A stretch of DNA of 64,000 nucleotides from the human T2T-CHM13v2.0 reference genome, Homo sapiens. The position numbers and the translations under genes are program-made. Positions 55,593 through 64,000 of this stretch are shown here, one piece after another. Positions within the stretch are counted from its first letter, which is position 1. Each line of letters begins with the position of its first letter. The notes beneath the pieces were generated by a model. It saw only the letters and a program-made list of their open reading frames with translations, was not told the origin of the DNA and made no database searches. The stretch lies in NCBI RefSeq assembly GCF_009914755.1, contig NC_060947.1, one strand, 5' to 3'.

Positions 55593-56007
55593 TATCTTAG
55601 TCCATTTTCTGTTGCTGTAACAGAATACCTAAAACTGGGTAATTTATAAAGAAAATAGGTTTATATGGCTCATGATTCTGGAGGCTGGGAAGTCCAAGAA
55701 GCATTGTGCCAGAATTTGCTTGACTTCTGGTGAGGGCCTCTTGCAATGTCAAAACATGGCAAAGAAACAGAGGGAGAATTGTGTGCACACAAAGAGGGCA
55801 AAACATGAGAGGCAATTTCACTTCATAACAACTCGTCCTTGTGGGAATGAATCCATTCCCCTGAGAGGGAGAACGAACTCATTCTCAAGAGTGACCTTTC
55901 ATGACCCAAATGCCTCTTAAAGGTCTCATCAGTTCTCAACACGGTTACATTGGAGACCAAGCTCAATATGAGATGTGGCGAGGACAAACCATATTCAAAG
56001 CATAGCA
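55593..56007 (-). mobile_element. MSTB/MSTC-like MaLR solo LTR
   Basis: tatcttagtccattttctgttgctgtaacagaatacct...caaaccatattcaaagcatagca; 5-bp TSD ccctg / cccta. Confidence 0.88.
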
Positions 56008-56952
56008 CCCTAGTAAAATTATTGAACTTCAACTATAAATAAAGAATTCCCCCCAAATATCCATCAAAAGCAAGTCATCTACAGGGAAGAAAACAAGCTA
56101 TTCTCAGATTTCTCCACAACAGTCTTTAATGCCAAAAAACAATGAGGACAATAGCTACATATTTCTAGTGAATGAAATTATATCCCGAGAACATTATAAT
56201 AAGTTATGATGTTTTAAAAATATATAGGGAACAAACCTTAATTTTCAAATAGGAAAGATCTAGGGAAAACAGTATTATAAGCCCTTCTTGAAAGAACTAG
56301 TTGACAACAAAATCCAGATAATTAAGAGATTAATCAGAACAAAGTACTCAGTAATGGCCATGGCAAAAGCCCAGGTGATGAGCATTAAATTTAGGTAAGT
56401 ATAGAATAACACTGAGTATATGCCAAAATTAATGGCACAGAACAAAATCGAATTGTTATTATAAGCCCCAACTATATAAAAAGTAAAAATTTAACTAAAA
56501 ACAAATTAGAAAGGAGGGGTGAGGTGGGAAGAAATGTAATAGAGCAAATGATCTTGTTTTTGCATGCTGTAAATTCAATCAATCCTGCCTAAAATTTAGC
56601 CACATAGTTAAATGAAAAATCACAGCTCCAACCTCTTAATAGTATTCAAAATTCATTTAAATTGGGAGAGGGTTCAATGAGAGTCAGATACCACCAAAAA
56701 TGTTTTCAGTCTACAAAATCACAATCTAGTAAATTGAGAGTTAAGAATAGCTTAAGAAAAAAAGAAAGGGCTACCTATAAAAAAGAAAATTCAAAATTTA
56801 TATCAACACCACTCCAAATAAATAACCACAATAATATTTTCTTCATCAGTTTATTTAGTCCCAGGTAATTAATTGTTCTGTTGACCAGCACTCTGCTTTC
56901 ATGAAACATGTTTGCTTTCAGACTGAAAAGATTCCTAAAATTCCTAACAGTC

Positions 56953-57012
56953 CATAGTACAGCCTGACAGCTTAACCAGCTGTCATAGTACAGCCTGACA
57001 GCTTAACCAGCT
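56953..57012. repeat. Tandem duplication, 31-bp period
   Basis: catagtacagcctgacagcttaaccagct at 56953-56981 and 56984-57012, identical. Confidence 0.95.
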
Positions 57013-57042
57013 ACAGATCTTAGCTAAAAGTCTATTTCCTAA

Positions 57043-57427
<385 letters not shown>

Positions 57428-57885
57428 CTGAGACTGTTTTCTTCACAAATTTTAACCTGTAGCTTATAGCAGAGCCTTCAGCAAGCATCAAGTGGAAGGA
57501 TAAAACTGATAATACAACTGGATGGTTGTGGTTAATTTATCACAGTCACCGTAGCCAGTAGTATACAGACACAGAAAGGTAGATTTCTCTATTGGAAATA
57601 GAGAAATAACTATTTCTGAAGGGTTTGATCAATGAGTCCCTTAAAAATAATAATATATTATGAACTGTGAAAGCACTGACAAACCTCCAGGGCCTTGCCA
57701 TAAAGTTTACAATCTCTAAAATATTTATATCAATAAAAATTTACCTATACAAACTTAAGAAGGTTGAGAATCTCTTCTGATCTGATAATTCTTTCCATGA
57801 AAATTTTACAATAGTGTTGAGTAATTAAGAAATATGTCAAAAAACACCTTAATTATTTCTGGCATCCCTTTCTGATATGGTAAAA

Positions 57886-57889
<4 letters not shown>

Positions 57890-57918
<29 letters not shown>
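57890..57918. repeat. T29 homopolymer
   Basis: Uninterrupted T run with no adjacent Alu or L1 body. Confidence 0.9.
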
Positions 57919-57921
<3 letters not shown>

Positions 57922-58369
57922 TTTCTAGGGACTTTTTGGGAAATCTCATAGACAATTTCAGATATTAAAGATAATCTAAAATTTTTATTTATATTTTAAT
58001 GTAGGATTTGCTCTTGAAAGGCATAATTAAAAGAGATTTCAGAAAGATTTGGTCAGTTTATTAATACAGAATCATGAATGCTTAAGAAATAATGCCTATT
58101 AATGAAAGAGTCAAAAGAAAATAAAATAGACATAGAGAAAAGTAGCATGATTATAAAGAACCATAGCTCTTTCACAAGTGAGGAACATTTTTTTGTTGTT
58201 GTTTAGAAAAATCATAATTGTTTCCATAGTCACAAACCATTCCTCTGATTCCAGCAATGTGCCTTGAATGGTCTTGAGAATTACATGGGGTAAGACAGTT
58301 CTCACTGATAGGGGACTATACTGTAAGCCAGCCAGCCAGCCTTCCTGCCTGTCCGTTTTTCTTTTCCTT

Positions 58370-58443
58370 TTTTCCTTCCTTCCTTCCTTCCTTCCTTCCT
58401 TCCTTCCTTCCTTCCTTCCTTCCTTCCTTCCTCCCTCCCTCCC
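58370..58443. repeat. (TTCC)n tetranucleotide repeat
   Basis: About 14 TTCC units followed by CCCT units. Confidence 0.95.
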
Positions 58444-58599
58444 CCTCTTTTTTCCCCTTTATTCATTTATTTCTCTTTCTCTTAGAAGTGCTATTTTGCA
58501 CACACACACAAAAATAGAAATTGAAAATATAGTCAAATCAACAAAAGCAGAGAATTCAATTATGGTGAGATATGGAAACTGCTATCTGGGCAGATTACC

Positions 58600-60700
58600 A
58601 GGAAGGAAAGGAATACATACATCTTCTTACCCCTTGTAGAAGCTCTAAGACAAATTTATCATTTTTACAGAGAGAAATCTAAGCTCTAGTTTCAATTAAT
58701 ATGTTATTTGATTATTAAACCAATTAAAACTGAGCCAACTTTGTCAAAATAGAAACACATTTTGTTGCTTCTTTTCAGACTCAGCATTTGAAACTATTAC
58801 AAAGACAATTTAAAAATCCCTTTTTACAAACTTTTTCAACTTTCTATATACATTCTACATCAATTAAGGATAATAACACTTTTCTTCTTGCAGAACAAAA
58901 CCTCACTCATTTACAACTGCAAATAAGGGGTTGCATTTCTCTGTCAGTATTGCTCCTTGTATAGTCTGAACCACATATAAACAAAGTGACTAATTTGTGT
59001 TTTTACAGGAAAATTTAAAAAGGGGTCATATATTTGAAAACTACCTGTCATATACAAGCATTCTGGCAGAGTAGCAAAGCTCATAAATACAAATAACACA
59101 ACTTGTTGTAGCCACTCAAACCCCTTTTACACTTAGTTAAAATGACAAAAAGGAACACCTTTTTTACCATGACTCATAGATAAGGCTACTCTACAACATA
59201 TTAGAAGGAAACATATCTGAACAAAAGTATATAAACTTAGTAATCAATGCTACAGTATCCAATCATTCTTAAGAATTATATTGGTGTTTAATAATTATCC
59301 ATAAATTAACTCAATTTAAGATTAGTCCAGGATTTTAAATTAACTAAGGATGTATAAAATTTTATTTAAGCTACTAAAATACATAACATAATTACTGTTA
59401 GTATATAGTTTGTTAGAACAGAGAATCAATTTAGCTGATCACAAATTTATATTTTTAATAATTTTAAATATATAGAAAAAACGTGAGCTTATTTGATTAT
59501 TAAACCAATATTAGAAGTTTAGAAAGTTTAAAATAACTATTCTGTTCATGAGGTATGGTAAATCAAAATTTTATTAAAAATATAAAATGTGCACTTGTCC
59601 TATGCCTCCTTCTGATAAATTCAAAGAAATGATATAAATTATCATTTATTTTAAACCAAAATTACTAATTTAGGCTAATGTGTCAAAATACTAATCTTTA
59701 TCATATAAACTTGGATTTCAAAAACATTTCTAAGCTAGTAGTTTTTAAAATACTAGAATTTCAATTTCTTTATTTCCTGTGAATTTTGGGAATATCCTAT
59801 TTACATAAGCACATATCCTTAAAACCAATCAGAACAGAGCTTCTTTAAGACATGTAATAATGTAATACGTTAAAACCCTCTGTAAGTAGAAAAATATTTC
59901 ACACTCACATAATGAAAGGTAAAGGCCTTTCTCAAGAACAGAGACACAGAGATACATGAAGAGCTTATAGCTATAGTTCTACAACCTTAGCTGCAGGTCA
60001 AAAATAAACATAGAATCACAAAATCTCACTGGTGCAAATCTCAAAGGGATTTTCTCCTTCCCAGATGGCAAGGAATTCTTAACTGATTTGAGCTTACAAG
60101 TAGACAAAAAGACAAACAAACAATAAAGACCAACACTTCAGATTTTCTGTTGTCTTTCATCCAACAAAATAGATATGTACCATCCTTCCAACAGCGATTG
60201 CCACATGGGTCAGGTGGTATAAAGAAAATCTCAACTATTACTGCCACCAATGGAGAATAACTTTTTGGCCATACATTCACCAGAAATAAAAACACAAAAT
60301 CAATAGGAAAAACAAAAATAAGACAAAAACAAAAATAGAAAATAAACAAGGTTTAAGTTACATTGTTGCTTCAGATTTATTCTGAGAGCCAAGCAAACAT
60401 CTAACTGGGCTGAAACTGTCCCTGAGGTGCACTTCCCCGGCATTGCAATTTACTTGGCTCCATCAGGTGCGGCCATGTGGATATTTAAGTAGATGCCCTC
60501 CAAAACTGTAAAAGTATAATTTTCCAAAAGATCAAGTCAGAGCTCTCATGCATACATAAAATAAATATGTGTCACATATTTCATAAAACTCATTAATTAA
60601 TTAGGGAAACACTAAGATTATAAAAAAAAGTCCAAAAACATTTGAGAATTTAGGTATTAATAGGCAGTGTTACAATGAGATTTCTGAATTAGACACAAAA
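58600..60700 (-). mobile_element. Probable non-autonomous ERV1 (MER4/MER31/MER34-group-like) internal remnant
   Basis: AT-rich non-L1 sequence with recalled motifs (aaaccaatcagaacagagcttctttaag; aactcattaattaattagggaaac) and an internal 21-bp direct repeat; no flanking LTR identified. Confidence 0.45.
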
Positions 60701-60742
60701 CTGGTCAACGACCTACATGACCATAAACTGGAACTTCTGGGG

Positions 60743-60874
60743 TACAGTTGCCAGATAAAATATAGGACACTCAGTAAATGTAAATTTCAGATGAACAATG
60801 TTGTTTTCTTTTCTAAGTACAAGTATGTCCCAAACACTGCAGGCACTTTTTACTTGCTAAGTCTGGCAACTCTA
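60743..60874. mobile_element. MER53 hAT MITE, internally deleted
   Basis: TIRs gttgccaga...tctggcaac; aaatttcagatgaacaa; aagtatgtcccaaa. Confidence 0.85.
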
Positions 60875-61088
60875 CAATGGGATTATCTGTTCTATGGAAC
60901 AGAAATGATTTGCATTTCTTCTGGACAAAAATTTACAAATTAAACTCTGCCCCTCCAGAAATGTTAAATATGTTAAATAGCCCAGACAATAGAAAGCCAA
61001 GCACAGAACTGCACTGAAAGAACTGCTAGTAATCTTTCTTACCTATTTCCAAATTTTTGATAACTTTTCCAGTGAATAAAGAATAGCT

Positions 61089-61378
61089 GGCTGGGTGAGG
61101 TGGCTAATGCCTGTAAATCCCCGAACTTTTGGAGGCCGAGGCAGGTGGATCACAAGGTCAGGTGTTTAAGACCAGCCTGGCCAACATGGTGAAACCCCGT
61201 CTCTACTAAAAATACAAAAAAATAAGCCAGGCATGGTGGTGGACACCTGTAATCCCAGCTACTTGGAGGCTGAGGCAGAGAATCGCTTGAACCCGGGAGG
61301 CGGAGGTTGCAGTGAGCCGAGATCACGGCACTACACTCCATCCTGGATGACAGAGTGAGACTCTGTCTCAAAAAAAAA
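61089..61378 (+). mobile_element. Alu (AluSg-like)
   Basis: Full dimer with ggatcacaaggtcagg and poly-A. Confidence 0.95.
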
Positions 61379-61979
61379 GCCTAGAGTGGAAAATATTATT
61401 TATTACAAAGTAACATTGGAGATTAAGATATAAACAACAACCATAAATATTATTTCCTTAATTCTCTTTATATTCAATTTGAGAAAGCATTAGTCATTTT
61501 TCCCAGAGTACTATTTGCATTCAGGAGGTATTCTGATATTTGAGACTGCATATCATAGTCATAAACGCAGAATGGAAAGGTTATTTTTAGCCTTCTGGCT
61601 TTCTCAATTGCAGAACAATATTTTCTTCCAGAAAAGAAAACATAAAAGACCTCACAATCAGATAACAAGGCAAAAATTGTTCACGAGTATTACTTTAACA
61701 AGGTCTGTAGCTCTATCCTCCTGCTGTGTTCATCTCTGAAGCAAAGATAGCCATTCTACACTTCTAAACTATGAGTCTAGCCCTCAAGGAATTTTCCTAG
61801 CCAGCAGGAAACTATATAAGAACTACATAAATTTGATTTTAAAGGAAAAGCTAATGAGTAAATGATGTTAGTTGCAAAATTTCAGCAAAGAAGAAATCTA
61901 CTCAATAGCTAGACAGACAATAATGTCCACATGATATCTATATAAAATGATCCCTCCAATGCAATCGGGCTATTTTTAG

Positions 61980-62095
61980 GTATTCATTCATTCTTCAAAG
62001 ATTTATTGAGCTCTACGTATGTGTTAGACTTGGTGATGCCAATACAAACAACAAACAAATTGGATTCTTACCCTTATGAGCTTATGTCTAGTCTG
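61980..62095 (-). mobile_element. L2 3' end
   Basis: attcattcattcttcaaagatttattgagctctacgtatgtg...cccttatgagcttatgtctagt. Confidence 0.75.
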
Positions 62096-62949
62096 TTTGT
62101 ATGAAAAGAGGGAGAGAACAAACAAGAGAAAAACTACTATATAGAAGCTTAGTAACCAAACTTTAAGAAACTCTACAAACGAATTTTTGAACTCAAGGTT
62201 TAAATTTGTTCTTTGAAATACTGACAGTTTAATGAAAGACCAATCTTAGCTTGACAAGGAAATTATGATTTTTGTTTGTTGGTTTAAACTTTTGCAATTT
62301 AGGAAGCAATGTCAAAAACAACAACTCAGTCAAAATGCCATTTTGGAGAGACAGAGAATGAAAATCTGAATTTAAAAAGAGAAGTACAATTGTAGTATTA
62401 GAAAGGTACCAACATATCTATTTATAATTATAAAAGTAATGGTTAGTACTGAATGGTCTTGTAAAATAGGCAGATCATAAGGTAAGAGTAAGCTCTGTTC
62501 AGACACCATTATTCAAGCAATAATCAGTTTGGCAACACAGGAACTTACCGGAATCAACTGGGGAAAATTTTCAAACTACACAGAAATACCCCATCCTTCA
62601 GATTTGAATATTCTTTTGGTGGTTGTAATCACCAGTTGCCTATCCAGAACAGATTCTCCCCTAATGAAAACACGGATTTATTGAGAGCACTCTGTGTCCA
62701 TTAGTGCTCACCTCTCCAGACAACTAAACTTGACTCTGTGACCCCATCTAACTAATTAGATAAAAGTGAAAATCTACTGCATGGCCAGAGATTTCTGTAG
62801 AATATCATGGATGGTGAACTAGGCTGTGATATAGCTACGGATCAGTGGATAACAAAGGACCAGAACAAGAGTAGAAGAAAATTGTAGATTTCTGGAAAAT
62901 CTACAGTTTTCCTGAAAAACAAAAAAAAAAGAGAGACAAATTTAGTTTG

Positions 62950-63230
62950 CTCTTTACCACTGTCCCCTTCTTCCTGCCTGAAATGGGGAATCGTAGCTAA
63001 AGGCAATGCCAACGTCTTTCCATCATGAGGAACCAAACTTTAAGACTGGAGGATTAGAAAACAAATAGGAGCCTGAGCCACAATTACTTTGTTGAGCAGC
63101 TACACTTTGCTTGGGCTGCTTATCTCTTAACTTCTGGATCAGCGAGGAAAAAATAGGTAAACTATTAAGGCAAGTCATGTAATTTGGTTTCTCTCACATG
63201 CAGCAATATCCAATCCTAACAGTGTAACAG
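62950..63230 (+). mobile_element. Old MLT1 (K/L-like) LTR remnant
   Basis: cttcttcctgcctgaaatg...catcatgagg...aggagcctgag...gttgagcagct...tttggtttctctcacatgcagc...tcctaac. Confidence 0.6.
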
Positions 63231-63358
63231 AAGTGGAGGGAAAAGAGGAAGGGGGAAGGTGAATATTTACATTTTAAACTTGCTCCTGGGAAATTCTAAT
63301 GTGAACCTCTTTTGTTTTATAAGGAGGAACTGTTCACGTACTCCATGACATCTAGACT

Positions 63359-63526
63359 AGGGTTTTGCAAACTTTAATGTGTATACAAATCAGCCAAGGT
63401 TCCTGTTAAAATGCAGACTCTCCAATTCCATTGGTATGGAGTGGGGCCTAGGATTCTGACATTTTAGCAAGCTTCCATGTGATGCTAATCATTCTACTCT
63501 TTGCACCAAACTCTGAGTAGCAAGGA
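63359..63526. mobile_element. MER5A/B MITE
   Basis: caaactttaatgtgtatacaaatca...tgttaaaatgcagactc...ggagtggggcctaggattctgacattttagcaagct...ctctgagtagcaagg. Confidence 0.85.
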
Positions 63527-64000
63527 GTTAGACACAAAACTGAACAATAATCTTAACTGGCATTGTACACAGCGATCATTCAGTTCAGATGGCTCTCCTT
63601 AACTGTATCTGAAAGATTTGTTCTAACCTAGAGCCTTATAATGAAAAACATAATGAAACCTACCATATGGAAATAATTATACATATTTTACTGAACATTA
63701 AACATTCTCTCTCCCTCTGACTCTCTCTATTCTACCTATACACACATAAGCATTACTAAGGTATAATTTTTTTAAATTATAATTATAATTTGTATGTCAA
63801 AGATTTTATTCAAAAACGAATTAATGAAGGTAACAGCAAAATGTTAAGACTGATTCAAAGAACATTTGAGAAGATAGCTATTGGTTGAAAATTCAATAAA
63901 GAATGTTAGCAGAAGATTGTTGGGTTAAATACAAAACCGATAATTGTCTACAGGGCAATAAACTCTAAGCTGCGGAGTTATCTTTTCTGTGGGATAACTT

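Larger units (their letters stand above)
53800..56800 (+). mobile_element. HAL1/old L1 ORF1-type remnant interrupted by L1MC and MST
   Basis: A-rich sense strand; ORF1 C-terminal-like ttctcagatttctccacaacag...aatgccaaaaaacaatgagg with no ORF2 following. Confidence 0.55.

Noticed and set aside
58268-58639. 123-aa ORF with LPSF repeats
   Set aside because: It is the translation of the (TTCC)n microsatellite.
62883-62905. 9-bp inverted repeat tgtagattt-ctgga-aaatctaca
   Set aside because: It is a small AT-rich hairpin expected by chance in 64 kb, with no terminator meaning in mammalian DNA.

Overview
This is AT-rich, CpG-depleted primate DNA, very probably human (Alu, L1PA/L1M, L2, MIR, MaLR and MER elements, plus an AluYa5-like insertion). 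It looks like an intron or intergenic region, roughly two-thirds interspersed repeat. I find no intact protein-coding gene, RNA gene or CpG island. The ORFs in the supplied track are decayed L1/L2/Alu/LTR frames or chance ORFs. The most informative structures are: a near full-length but internally deleted L1MA (5994-11786) with nested Alus and slippage duplications; a 75-bp L1PA insertion with a twin-priming inversion and 15-bp TSD (14887-14991); a young 5'-truncated AluYa5-like element with a perfect 16-bp TSD (38495-38800); a perfect recent tandem duplication (56953-57012); and an unexplained ~0.5 kb exon-like or decayed coding-like block (51570-52067). The sequence alone gives no support for a new biological system. 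Repeat subfamily names are from recalled consensus motifs and boundaries are approximate unless TSDs are given.
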